From Amphiscolops sp. MND2022 (lineage: Eukaryota), in assembly GCA_964187785.1 (NCBI GenBank), contig OZ076409.1, forward strand, positions 20,958,001 to 21,022,000: DNA of 64,000 bases, read 5' to 3'. The stretch's first letter is position 1; every line of letters begins with the position of its first letter. The notes beneath the pieces are model-generated. The model was not told the origin of the DNA, did no database searches, and saw only the letters and a program-made list of their open reading frames with translations. Position numbers and translations under genes: made by a program. This document shows positions 1 through 13,209 of this stretch, in pieces.

Positions 1-3000
1 TTTGTTTTTTTTTTGCGTACTATTTGCCATACTGTTTTTTTTTACAAAACTAGGGTGGCAGAAACTATTCCGGTGCTCAGCGGGTGTCTTGTTTTAAAGT
101 TCTGTGTAAATTTTATATTATCTTTCAATTTTCTATTCATATTTTCTAATTTAGTTGTTGCTGTTGGTAACGTTTTCCTTACCTTCTTTAAAATCCTATT
201 AAATTTTTTCTGGAAACATGCGTGTATTGATAAAATCTTACAAGATCGTTCTCTGTTCCAAGATCTTGGCAAGATATTCATGGAAGGTCAATACAGTTGT
301 CTTTTCTGATCCTAAACTGCGAAGACGTTTTCAGAATGGAGACTACGGAAATGGCTAAGCTTTATTTTTTTCCAAAAAACCACAAAAAATTAGCTTCAGA
401 GTTATCTATCATTCCCAAGCAAAGTTTTTTCCTACCTCTTGGAGACTTTCTATACTTTTTACGCCTGAAAAAAGCCCTAGTAGTCTTGTCACAGTGGAAA
501 CTTTGTCATTTCAATAACGTTTCGGAACAAGATTTTACCACTAATTTGGTCGAATAGAATCTAAAATCACCATATGCTAGTTGAATGAAATCTGGAATCA
601 GCGTAATGCGGAAAAATATATAAATCAATTTTTCCGAGGTCCTTCTCTCCATTTCATGGCTTTCTGAGGCATTACTACATTCTTTTTGTTCGCCAAACCA
701 TCTCTTTTCTTGTTTCATTGTAGACAAGCCTGTTCCTTGCACGTGCACGGTGCCCGCTCGTTAGCGCCGAAAATATTTCAGATGAATACAAACTAGGGTT
801 TCCCAAGACTTGGATAGACTGCTTCAGGATTCCCACGGACTGTCAAAAGCTGGCCGAGGACTTGGAAGGCCTGTAGAATCATTGGCAGCCACTAAAATCA
901 GAGTTCGTTGGTACGAGTGACAGGAACGATAAAATGTTGCTTCTGACCTAGAGGAGCGAATAACGTCTAACAAACAACGTCTAAAATTCGATCTTTTAAG
1001 TAGGGAATGAACATGGTAATTCCCATTTTGCAAAAAAGACGTTTTTCTTACTCGCCCCTTTTTATGGCTCAAAATTTCACTTTTAAAAGCTCCCTTCGTG
1101 GGTTTGGAAAATTTAGCAAAATAACTAACAAATTCTAGTCAAGACTAGCAGCAAAGAAATTTGATCGAAAAACATAATATTTAACAAAAAATCCCACATA
1201 GGTTCCTTGCAAAGTTGAAAGGCTTCGTTTTGATACTAATCTTGCAATTGTTCAATTTTTTAGTGAGTTTTGTCAACGTAACCAAATACCCGTATCAACA
1301 TAAGTTGATCATTTGAATACAAGCTACAAAATTCCTAGAATGAAACAAGGAACTACACTGTGAAGCAATTGAAGCTTGTAATTTTTTAAAAAGCTATTTT
1401 CGATGCAATTGTTTCTTTTATGTTCAACTTTTGTGAAAATCCCACTCTTTCCCCTGAAATAGACGAATACGACAGAATATTTTTAAAATCTTTTTCTATC
1501 CTTTATACTTGAATGCGAAAAAGATGTTTGACCTGATGTATCAATAAGGCTATTTTCAGCTTCTGAGCCGAGACCGATTTATGAAACGTCAGTTCTCATA
1601 AAAATTCTGCTAATATTAACAGTGAGAATGTTTGAGGTTAGATCAACGGGGAAAGGAAGATAATTGTATTTCCGAATATCTTTTATAAACTTGCGAGTAA
1701 TCAATTTTTCAGGAATGACGCTAAAGCTTGCTACGTGATATCGGTAAATTTTGAATTCAGCAAATCAATGATGAAAAGTGACGAAAAAGGGATGCTATGG
1801 TTAGAATGACAACAGTTACATTTAAGATGAGACATTAAGAAATCACAACTATATAAAACCCGATCTAGAGAAAGTATACTTGATGAGATAAATCGATTTT
1901 CGTGGCAACCCTCGAAACACTTTTTTTTTCGAGATTACTGTTGCTCTGTTACACACTATGACGATTGTGCTTCCAAACATGCCGAACGGTGTGTCTTCCA
2001 ACGTAGTAGACACCCATAAGGCTACAAGGATTGAAAAGGCTTTGCACAAGGCTCGCGTTGAATATGGGCCCACATTGGCATGCACACAAGACCTATGAAA
2101 AGCTTAAGAGATACAGGTTACTGCGGCGAGATCTGACAAATGGTAGAAATCGTGGGACAAAAAAAAAGTTTTAAAGCGAATAAAATTTTCTCTGGAATCT
2201 TATCACAAAATCTTTAAACATTTTTTTAAATTAAGGGTCAATACCTCCGTAACAGAAACTTCTCTACAGAAATAAAATTCGTTTTTAGAAACACAAGAAT
2301 CATAAAAATTCGCAGGGCTTCTGGTTCTTTCGATTCATATGACTTTCACACTAAATGGCTAAAATTAAAGGCCTGAAATTGACCGAAAATAAACAATGGG
2401 CTCTCAAATTTATCATGTTTCAAGATTCTGTCGCAAAAAAAAGACTTTCAGACAGAAAAATGAAAAAAAAATCGCGTAAACCGTGCTGGGTCGAACCGGA
2501 GCGCTTTTTGAACTACTGCCTCCTGCTGAGTAAATGCAATACATTTCGGATATAACCTCAATTATTTGGATGTAGCGGAATATTGTCGAAACTCCGCCTC
2601 CCCCTTAGTAAAGCACAAAAACTTCAGATATAACCTCAAAAAATGGATGTAGCCTGCTGGCCCAAATTGGAGCGATTTTTTCCAACGTGCGCCTCCTTCT
2701 CAATAAAACACTATTTACTTCACATATAACGTCAAACATTCGGATCGAATATAGTGTGCTGGGACAAGTGGTATATCTCAAGAATTTAAAATGTTGTAGA
2801 ACTTCGGAAGTTCGTTGGCATTGAGAAAAAAGCCTTTATAAAAATTGCCCTTTTCATTCTAAAAAATTGAAAAGACAACGAAAAGCCGCTATTTTTACTT
2901 TAAAACGCTGTTGATACTTGTTACTTGGTTTTCAAGGAAACCATTCTCATAAAAAACCCGAAAACTGATAAACGAGTTCGAAATTTGCATAAATTTACGG

Positions 3001-3980
3001 GACATGTGTTCACATCCTAAAATGACACGAAGTCACCGGATTGGGATCATATACATACACTTTAAACATATTTTTTTTCGAGATGTTAGACGCTCAAAGC
3101 TCGGTGATGTGACATTCGGGAATGAAAAAATTTCTTACCTTAACTTAAAACTTGGACAATCCTCCAAATATTGCAGAGTGCCGAAAAAAAAACAGGCGCA
3201 AAGAAGTTTTTAATCGGCTCTTTTTGTGTACAAATGCCCTGCTCCTACAGTGAATTGTTTTCTTTTTTTCTCCAGACAACAAAACTCACATTGAAAGGTC
3301 CACATTTTACAGAACTTCTCTAGGCCCACCTTACTAGGAAGAAATCGCGGTTGCTCTTTTGTTGTTTAGGCACTATGAGACGTTTTTGCACATACTCTTG
3401 ATGTCGACCAAGGGTCCCCTCTTAGGTTACTTTGAGTTTTTTCTACAACAAAGTGGATAAAAACAAAGACCTAAAGGTCCCCTCTTTTGCATTTTCCAAA
3501 AGCTCTTTAATCGAAGTCCCATTTTTGCTTTTTGGCAGAAACAAAGCGATTTGTATGCATAGAGAACGTTGCTCGTTTTTTGGCACAATTCAACTAACTG
3601 AAGATTTAAAGATTTAAAACTGAAGAAAAAATTTTAAAAAATTTTGTGGGAAAAGTATTTCCGATGCTTTTTTTCCAATTTTGGTTTCTTAAGTAGTTCT
3701 GAGAAAAAACTTTTCGACGTGGCCTTATTGACTTTTTTGATCCTTAAAAACGTAAAATGCCATATTATTGACAAAATATTCCAATCTTTGTTCAATATTT
3801 GAACAACTCGGAGAATACGAAAATTCAAAGAGTTCAAAGATAAAACAATCAGCTTTTCAGCATACAGTTCGAAGGAGAACCTGTTTTTTGTGGTTTCGAT
3901 GCCATGCATGAATTGCCCACAAAATATCAAGAATAAAAAATATTATCATTTGTTTGTGGGAAACTAAATTTTTCCAATAA

Positions 3981-4369
3981 CCCTAAATGGACCATGGACG
4001 TATTCGTCCCAGTGCATTTCTGCAATTTCAGACGATATTACATACCATTATATGCCTTTTCACGGAAAATTGACAAGTTGTCTTCAAGATCATAAAAAGC
4101 GGGGCCAAAAATTCAGAAACAAATCAGCGCAGATTTTCTGTTTTTTTTTCAGTTTTCGTTTATGGTCAAAGTGGCCATAGCATGTTTTGAAACAGCAGTT
4201 AAAAAATAAAAGCCCAGCAGTTAAAAAATAAAATTGAAAGCCCTGGTTGTCTTCTTTCGAACGCGCTATAAATCGTTTGTCGAACTTGAATAGTTTAGGA
4301 TATAGTGCGGTTTAAAGTTTAAGCACCAGATGGTTGGATAAATCTGGAAATTTAATTGTCCATTTAGGG
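3981..4369. mobile_element. piggyBac-like MITE
   Basis: 12-bp perfect TIRs CCCTAAATGGAC (3981-3992) / GTCCATTTAGGG (4358-4369). Right flank TTAA, left flank ATAA (1 mismatch). CCC termini plus TTAA target are piggyBac hallmarks; no ORF. Confidence 0.7.
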
Positions 4370-6448
4370 TTAAAATGCAAATAAACGTAGTACTTTTGTA
4401 CAAAGTGTGGACGTTTTCGTGGCTTTGCAATTCCCCATTTTTTGCTTCAAAAGACTTCATGTTTTGGTGATGCGATTTTTCTGGTGATAAATCTGAACGC
4501 AGCAAAGTCGAACTTCGTAGTTTGAGCTGTCGTTTACGGGTTTCTCAACTTATTTGGGGTGTTTCCGTACGTGAGAAGATCCACAAGCATGAAAGCAAAT
4601 CATTCAGCTAAATGTTCCAGTTTTTCATCGAGAAAAGGTAGTTTTTTATTGCAAAGTGTGTAAAAGGACTAGATTATTTATGTTTTTGAAGACTTGGTTG
4701 TAATTAAGGTTGTAGGATTTCATCTCAAAGTTGGATATGATGAATAGAAAAGTATAAAGTTTTTCGTTTTTCAGCCTTCTTCGCTTTTTTTGATTGTCTC
4801 GAGCTGTCGCATGCGGTATTAACTTACCTCCTGCGATATTAACTTGTCTTATTGGACCTTCAGTGTACCTGACTACAGCAAACTTTTACACGTAAGTTAC
4901 ATGTTTCGCTCTTGAAGTAGACGATTCATTTGTTTAATAATTCGTTATGGAACAATTTTCAGACATTAGTGGACTTGAAGTCACTTCGACTACAAAGACT
5001 ATTGTGCGACGCAAACTATAACATTCAACTTCATAGTTTTGTACAATGTTTTGTACAATTCATATTTGTACTTTCAGTCGTGTAAACTACATTCATTTTG
5101 ATATGAAACAGCTCATTGTGATTATTTTAGCATGAAAATTGTAGAAAATTGTGATCAAACTAATAATGTCAAAAGAATCGCGTTCGAAGAAACCGGCGTA
5201 TTAGCTAGCTCGACGTGCGGTCTTTTGGAATTATTAAAAAGAAAATCCGAAACGCTCTTGTCTTTAGTCAAATGGACCACTGGTCCAATAATTTTACAAG
5301 AAAGTGCTGTTAATATGATATTTATTAAATGTAGTGTTGAAAGTAAACAATTTCATAGTATTTCCATGACCTTTGATGCCGCCCTCGTCTTTTGTTTTTT
5401 TTTATGTAATTCCTTCTTCTAGCTGTTAGATAATCATGACATGTCATAGTGACACTATATACTTGGAGTTCCTTTTAGTAATATGACACCCATAATCATG
5501 CGTGTCAAGCACTGTTGACTATATATAGACGGACGCTGAGTCTGCGAGACGACAGAAGAATTCTACTTTTTTATCAACCATTCGCTATTTTGTTACTACT
5601 GTTCTCATTCTTAATTTCATAACTCAAGAATCTTCAATTGCTTTCACTGTTCAACAAACTCACTGTTGAAATAATTTTTTTGTGATGTTTTCAACGAGAG
5701 GCAGAAAACAAGAGGAAAGTGTCACGCCAATGAGACCTGGAGTCAGGTTGAGAAAATATGAATGTTGATAGGATACTACGGAACGAAATAGTTCAAAATG
5801 AGTACTCTAGCAAAATATTAAAAACGGACCTACTGTCCAATCAGCCACATAAAAGCAAAAATTCTAACACAGGGGAATTCTAACACAACATCATTCCATA
5901 GACTCACGTTAGCCTGAGAGAACTCAAAGAGGGATTTAGCACAAAAGTGGACTTTCGGTCCGTGGGACTACACAGGAATAACGAAGGTGAAATGGACTGC
6001 GGAAAGCGTCAAAAAAGGACATCAATTGATAATAATTTTCGTAACTCTGCTCGAGATCAAGGATAACCCTCTCCAGAGTTACGACACGAGCTTTAAAATT
6101 TTTCGTTGTTAAAACAGTTTGGAGCGGAAAATATCCCGCTGTTCAGCAGGCTTCTCGTAATTTGTATTCAAGCCAAAAAAAGTTATTGCTGTAATTTAAT
6201 TTGCACAATTGGTAGATTAATCGTATAATATTTGCCGAATGACGTCACAGGCAAGAACACTAGATATTTTTTCCTATTCAAATTACTGCCAAGTTGAATT
6301 TCCAGTTGGAAAGTTTAAAAATGGGCAAGCAAATATTGTCCTAATTGTGACCGGTAACTACTTTTCCCATTTTCGCTCTGTTGATTATTGAGCTTTTATT
6401 GTGAAAATAGTCAATTAGTCATGTTATTACAATCATTGACGTCATCAG

Positions 6449-6476
6449 GTGATCCCGAGAGGAGGAAATTGGAAAG
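6449..6476 (+). CDS. Candidate 28-nt micro-exon (VIPRGGNWK), possibly of the LDLa gene
   Basis: ttgac...catcag acceptor and AAG|gtaacc donor. Read phase 0 to phase 1 it joins the 11533 exon in frame. No homology support. Confidence 0.25.
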
Positions 6477-6941
6477 GTAACCTTTAGAAATCCAGAGCAA
6501 AAACGATTGTTTACACAGTTTTACATCAGCGGAAATGTCCGTGGTGCTGAATGTAAAACACCAGAGGAAATTTTATTCAAATTGGATGGTTGTTTGAATG
6601 AAAATGTAGGTAAAATCGAAAGTGCAAGATTTTAAATCTACAAAAACCTCTTATTTTTCTTATAAGTAGAGAGTTTCACTAATTATATTTTATGACGAAC
6701 GAATGAACGAACAATTTGTCGTCAACGAAACTATAAGTTAATTTTTCCTGAAGAGCTTAGCTTGTTATTCGACTAAAATGTATTGAAAAATCCATTTGGA
6801 TGATTAAGGGAGAGATGCATTTTATAATGATGAATCATCGCAAGAAATCTGTTTTTTTTTCAACTTTCTGAGAATGAAAAGTCGTTGTTTCAGTGTTTTA
6901 AATTTCGAACTTGAGTTTTAAATTTTATATTTAGTCTACCC

Positions 6942-7016
6942 GTCCGTGTTTAGTCCACTTGGTCTACAGTCTGCTTCTGAAGCAGGAGGCTTCGGGTTCG
7001 AATCCCGCTCAGGACC
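6942..7016 (+). pseudogene. tRNA-derived sequence (pseudo-tRNA or SINE head)
   Basis: A-box-like TAGTCCACTTGG, anticodon-like stem tctgc-TTCTGAA-gcagg, T-arm cggg-TTCGAAT-cccg. Acceptor stem pairs poorly. Confidence 0.55.
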
Positions 7017-7219
7017 AAAGGTTTTTGTTTCCAAGTCGAGCAGCAAATTAGCGTCTTCTGAAAACATATAAAAGTGAGGGCTGTACAATGGCGTTATCAT
7101 CCCGAGTTATTTATTGACATGTGGATTCAATTTTTCAGTAGGTAACTTCAAATATCGAGCCGAAAAAAATGTGAAGTTTTTGCGTCATCAAAAACCGGTC
7201 AATCGATCGACCCTAATCT

Positions 7220-7547
7220 AAACAAGTCGGGAACGGCCCAGGGCCTCGCTCCACTTAGGAAATCCTTTGGTGAGCTGAAAAGCATTTTCTAGCAGTTGCA
7301 CAGAGACAAAAGACTTCAAAGGAGAGACCCATTTGGTCTTCTAGCTTTGTAGTTTGTCCTAGATACATGGTCTTTTAGACTTGGATTCGAACCCACACGC
7401 TAAAATGGCCTGGATAACGCCTCCTTCCAACCGTAGATCTCTTATATAAATTTATAAAAGTGGACGTTTCGAGACGAGCTGAAGAGAATTGAAAATATTC
7501 ACCGTAAGGGTCTGCTTTTTCCAATTGAAAAAAAGCACCGACCGAAA
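7220..7547 (-). mobile_element. Diverged Helentron-associated (HINE/DINE-like) non-autonomous element
   Basis: Reverse complement ends in GGGCCGTTCCCGACTTGTT and begins with a degenerate GGTCGGTGC sub-TIR, as in the family copies at 10321, 16707 and 40565. Confidence 0.5.
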
Positions 7548-7617
7548 GCCGTAGCTTTGCTGATTCAGGCTCGGCGAATGATTGTCAATTTGCGAATACT
7601 CAAATCCTAGATGAGTC

Positions 7618-7778
7618 TAGTAACCAACAAGAACATAGGTTACGTCATCATCGGAAAGTATTTAGAAATAGTTAGAGAAAAACTAGAAACGAGCACTTGA
7701 GTGCTCGTTGCTAGTTTTCCCATAACTACTCCTAAATCCTTTCCGAGGATAGCGTAACCTAGGTTCTTGTTGGTCATA
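7618..7778. repeat. ~160-bp imperfect foldback palindrome
   Basis: Arms ACCAACAAGAAC...GGTTACG...CGAGCAC and GTGCTCG...CGTAACC...GTTCTTGTTGGT around a 4-nt TTGA centre. Confidence 0.85.
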
Positions 7779-9156
7779 GATCTGAATTAACAGAAGCTCA
7801 TGTGGTGACAACTGATATGGAACGAGTTTTGCCTCTCGTTATTGAAATAATTGGTGACAAAAACAAGTAAACTGAACAAAATTGACAATGCATCAAGTAA
7901 CTGGTATTGGAACATCCGTTTTCTTGATCTCAAGTTGTTACTTTACCTCATTTTATGCAATATGAGTAAACATTTATCGCATATGTTTATATTGTTGTAG
8001 AAAATTTAAATAGCCATGGCGGAGAGAAATTCCCAAGGATCTAATTCTATCAGAAGAAAATTGGTGAGTAAGTTCGGCTATTTCTATCGTGTATGCAAAA
8101 TCTCTACCGTTGCTCAAGTTATTCGGCTCTCTTGAATTGACTAACAAAGTTGAAGTTATAATCGAATTACTTTTTATAAAGAAAATCAAATCTGGTTCTT
8201 TAGCAATGATCACTTAAAAAAAACAACTAATTGCGATTCTGCCAACTGTGCGGTAATGCAAAATACAAGTTCTTGACTTGTAGAGTTTCGACATCTAGCT
8301 CACAGTGCTAGTGACGAACCCGTTCTTTTCGCTAGGCCAAGTTTCTTGGCCCCTTGTAGCTCTCCAACTCGGTTGTGTCTATACAGTATATTCCAAATAC
8401 GCCTAAGTTGTATTTATTCATCGCGCGTGTTTCGGGTGGTTTCATCGTGACATTCTATCATACTTGACGTTTGCTTTTATAATTACTATTCTTTTTATGG
8501 CATGGCGAGTCATGGTCCAATTAATCTTTCATGTATAATACTTAGGCTTGGTAGGTGAACCTCTTAGGTAAGTTCTATGGACTGTCCATTTCCCATACAT
8601 TATCTGACTTCTCCTCTACTCTACGACGAGTTCATAGGGGGTCGACCTAGGTAACTTCCGGTGCTAATAGCTCGGAACTGGGGATCCTGGCTCGGTTCCG
8701 TTTTTATAGGCGCGTAGCATAAAACTTCATGTCTCTACGATCAACAGTCTTCGAGAAAAACCTGACTGGGGGTTTCGATTTGTGATGTTTGGTTTTTCTT
8801 GGGTCTTAGAATATTTCCGCTCAAAAGTGGGACAGTTGGGCTGGGACGATGAACTGATCTCTTATTGAATTGCCGAATTGCGAAAATGTTTCAATGATTT
8901 CATTTTACAGAAATTTGAAAATGGGTCGCATCCCTAAAGTTAATCAAATCAGGCAGCATGTTCAGAAGTTGTTCGATCAGTTTAGGTTTTGATGGTTGCT
9001 TACAGATACGAGAACTGAGGCAATATTCCAGTCTCAGCACACTGGAACTATCCTACAAACATGTCAACTTGTGGTCTTGCAGTTTAACTAAAAAAATTCT
9101 CGCTTTCATGTCAATTCCTACGCTTCTAAACTAGTTGAAACAAAACGATTTACTAT

Positions 9157-9277
9157 CATTTCACCCCTCGTTCATTTCGCTCCATATCGTTTCACCTCAT
9201 AATCACTTTACCCCACGTTCATTTCATCCCACTTTCAGTTAACCCCACGTTCATTTCATTCCACGTTCATCATCTCC
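9157..9277 (+). repeat. Minisatellite, ~16-bp unit (TCATTTCACCCCACGT-like), ~7-8 degenerate copies
   Basis: Visible tandem units such as tcatttcacccctcgt, tcactttaccccacgt, tcatttcattccacgt. Confidence 0.75.
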
Positions 9278-10320
9278 ATGTATTGAAGCTCTCAAAGCGT
9301 CTTGTTCTAATTCGGTATATACCAACACGCCTTTGAACTCAACTATTTCGGTCTTCGATTGACAGCCTCGTTGTCTTAGCTTTAGTTTGATCGACAGCCT
9401 ATTTTTCAGTTTCAGACGAGCGGTTCACAGATTTCAGTCTGAACATCAGACAACACTAACAACCAAAACGAATTCCTGTTGTCAATCGAATTTGAACACA
9501 TCAAAAAAACGAATACAAAAAGATTTTAAAAATTCGGTCGCTTTAAAGATGAGTGGGGACTGACTGACACAAATGACTGCGTGTGTCAAAAAGACATCAC
9601 ATTTCAAGAAAGTAATGCCGACTAAACATGACAACCGTTCAAGCTTCATCCGAAAGCTTAAAATGTAGCAATAGATGTAAATGCTCCTGAAAGAAAATTT
9701 GAAGAGACATCCATGAGAATTTTCCTCCCAGTTTCCACGCATTTCCACCTCTGGAATTGGGGAACCTCAAAAATAACGGGAAGGAGAGTATCACGCCCTG
9801 ATTTTCGTGTCCAGTTTTGTTTTAGGCGACCAAACTGGGATAGATTTCCGAGAAAAACAAATATTTATAATAAATCACATCATGGATAGAAACTAAGTTT
9901 TAATACCTACGTACACTAATTGAGCATACACAGCTACTAATGAGTTTTAGACTGAAAATTGGACGGTGAACCTCAGAAATGATAAGGACAGGTTCTGTTT
10001 ATGGGATAAGGCGATGATTCTCTGGACAATGTCGTCGAGGTTAAAGTATCTTTCACGTCACAAATTAGGTTGACTAGACAAGGATTTGAGAAATCGCATC
10101 TTGAGCGGCGACTTCCCTTTTCAAAGCTGCAATCAGCATCTAAATGATTGGATTTGTTTGGTAAAATACGATTAGATACAGAAGCTCCATAATTCCACAC
10201 TGTTAGTGGGTTCGGCGAGACTTGTGGAAGCAGCTCGGCTCTGGTGGGGATGGAAAAGCGGTCTCCGGTGGCCTTTGAATATGCCTAATTAAAGTAGTTT
10301 CCGATTCCTCGCAGTCTATT

Positions 10321-10864
10321 TTTAGTCGGAGCCTTTTCCCTTAAGGAAAAAAGCCCGACTATTTCAGTGGGTAGTTTTTTCTTTTTCAGCTGACAATCTC
10401 ACTCTGAATGGTCCACTTTTTACAATTTTCATGATCCACTAACTGCCACACTTGTAAATTCTACTGGCAGTTGGCATAGAGGTTACGGCTTTTTTGAGGT
10501 CTGCCAAGCAGAAGGACGTGGGTTCGAGTCCAACCTTGACCAAAAATTTTTTTGTGTAGGTTTTTTTCGGCTTTGTGATACTTTTTTTTGCAATTTTTTT
10601 TAATGTCTCCAAAGGCCCTCCCCTTCATTTTTTACTATTTTGCAAAAAATGCATGTTCAAAAACCCCCAAAGGCTCCTCTTTTACATTTTTCGGCACTAT
10701 GCGACTAACCGGAGACCAAAAAAAATTCGAAAAAAAAATTCGGAATTCTTTTTCAATTTTTTCCTCACGCGGGTACTGTAGAAGAGAATACTTGACACAT
10801 TGAAGTCCTTTTGCTATTTTTGAGCCTTGGATATGGCGCCGACTTGGGCCGGTCCCGGCTTGTT
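10321..10864 (+). mobile_element. Helentron-associated (HINE/DINE-1-like) non-autonomous element with internal tRNA-like A/B boxes
   Basis: T-rich start, AGTCGG sub-TIR with nearby partial IR CCGACT, 3' GGCGCCGACT sub-TIR, GCCG-gtcc-CGGC stem-loop, TTGTT end. A box TGGCATAGAGG (10472) and B box GGTTCGAGTCC (10521). Confidence 0.7.
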
Positions 10865-11532
10865 TCCACTTAAGCCACATCCAGTTGTTGGACTTCGCAA
10901 ACCTCAGCTAAGTATTCTACCAGTAACAAGAAGGACCTTTTTTTCGAATGGCTTGTTCTGGGAGACATCGAAGGGCCGAAACCACCTTTTGTGTGCTCAC
11001 ATATACTTTCTTCAAACCGATTTCGACAATTTCTCTGTTGAATTGAAATAACAATTGGACATTGAATTGTAACAATTAAGGAAAAGTACCTTTCAAAGGT
11101 GTTCTTTCAAAAGGGACCTGCTCAGAAACCAGAGATAAACAGCTGGTGTCGGAATGACGAAAACTGGGTAAAATATAGTCCATCAATAAACTATATGTTC
11201 TTTCTGTCGAAACAGTATTTGAGTCAGTGAAAGCCTAATTATCTTTGTGCGAATTTAGTGTTACAAACGCTTCAAGAACAGTAGTGTAGCTGGTACTGTA
11301 AACAACAGGAAAGTGTTTGTGAAGAAAAATAATGTTGGTTCTGTAAGTTACTGATTCCCGAGACTCTTGTTATAAATCTTAGCAAGTAATGTATTAAAAA
11401 ACTCGAGAGGTTTGTGTGAACAAAAAACGGGATGTTATGAAAAGTTTGAAGAGTAATCATGAAAATGTAAGATTTTTCAAAATCTTAGCAAGAGTTCCAA
11501 GATATTTTGCACTTATGTAACTTCCGTTTCAG

Positions 11533-11691
11533 GTTGTTCGTCTAACCGGGATTCGTCAGTCGGTAGCAAGAACAAGAGCAAAGATGTGTTGCATGACGAG
11601 TTCCAGTGCAACGATGGGCAATGTATCCCCCTCAGTTGGACCTGTGATGGCTTCTTTGACTGCTGGCACATGGAGGACGAACTCAATTGCG
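11533..11691 (+). CDS. LDL-receptor class A repeat exon (internal, phase 1-1)
   Basis: tttcag acceptor and gtaagt donor; 159 nt. Translates [33 protein letters not shown], with the canonical LDLa Cys and D/E pattern. Confidence 0.9.
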
Positions 11692-13123
11692 GTAAGTTTA
11701 CACTTCCTACCGCGTTTTTCCATTCATGCGGCATGCTCCCAATGTAATACACACCTTCATTTTAATCGCATCCTCTAATGAGATACAAATCATCAAACTA
11801 AAACCCCTCCTCCGATACGTTGCATTGATCTTATTTTATTCTTCAACAACTCGTCACTTTTTCGTTTAATTTCTTCAACTTACTACGTCACTTAGCGTCG
11901 AGTGTATAATTGCAAAACACATTCATATGATCCATTTTGAACATCTGAGCATTTTCGCATTCTTACTGAACTAAACCATATGAAAGAATTCCCTTTGATT
12001 GATTCGCCACATTGATAGAATAATTCTTGAAAATAGTCATCGTTCCTAAAAGTCCGTTATTCTAAAATGTATTTTTGGAGCAACGTGGAAGCGGATAACT
12101 TCTTCGGCACTAAGCGGCTGTTTTTAAATTTCTTGAAAACGTGTCATGAACTAATTGAAAAACTTTCCGCTTTTTGAATCCTGGGCGGGCGCCATTACCA
12201 AAAAAAGCCTGGTACGTACTGAGGATCAACAACGAATAAGCCTGTTTTGCCTCGTGAGGGTCAATTTCGCGAACGAGGGGGTTCCGCTTCTCTTAGATGT
12301 TCTTCAATTAGACTTAGTCTGTGTAAAATCAATAGAGAAGCACTGCATGGCTGCCCACACAGCACACCAGCTAGCGCTCTGGGTACCGCGAATAGTATAC
12401 CGTTTCCGCGTTGAGTGAAGCATAACAGATGTTAAGTGAATCGTCTCGGCTTTCGTTCCAAATTTTCAGCCAATCATCGGCCACCACAGTAAAAGTGCTT
12501 TACAATCAGAAGTCAAGTGAACAATATCAGCATCCAAGTGAGTTAGCAAATATGAATTACCAACGACGCTTTCAAATTTAACAAACGCATCAAAGAATGC
12601 TACATGTACACAAAATCGTATGCGGCGTTCGCTTACACTTTCATTCAAGCTACCATTTTGTTCACATTAGTTGAGATTTGCTGTAGCAAGCTAATCAATT
12701 TCTATTGGTTGTGCATTCAACATCTGATAAGCTTCATTTAACGCGGAAACGATGTAACTAAGGAAGTTGAATCATTACACGAGTTATCACCACATGAGGT
12801 AGCGTCTTGTTATCCAACCTTAACAACATTCGATACATGTACTCAATGTGGGCTCGAACCCCGGGCTGGCGCCTGAAATTTTTGTGGCGGACAATAACCG
12901 GGTGCTTAGCGGGAGTCTTGTTCATATTCTTCTGTTTTGTAAATGGCGGGGATACCAAATGAGCTATCGACCATCTCGTCTGTCGTCGAAGTTTTCTGAT
13001 CCGATTCTTCATACCTGAGTGGTGTCTCGCGGTCTCTCGGTTCTCAGCCTTTCTTTAGGTCTCTTGGAACCTTTAAAAAATCGTACTTTTTCAATTGTTT
13101 TATCCCTGAAGGGTAAATCCCTT

Positions 13124-13209
13124 AAACTTTTCCCGGTAAATTTGAGCGCATCGATAAAAGTGGGAATTCCCACTTTTATCCAGGCGCTCAAATTTACCGG
13201 GAAAAGTTT
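13124..13209. repeat. 86-bp loopless near-perfect palindrome (intronic)
   Basis: AAACTTTTCCCGGTAAATTTGAGCGC-atc-GATAAAAGTGGGAATTCCCACTTTTATC-cag-GCGCTCAAATTTACCGGGAAAAGTTT. Confidence 0.9.

Noticed and set aside
5520..5750. TATA-like box and possible first exon of the LDLa gene
   Set aside because: No signal-peptide ORF with a phase-compatible donor could be built.
6942..7016. Functional tRNA-Gln(CTG)
   Set aside because: Acceptor and D stems pair poorly, and related segments occur inside repeats.
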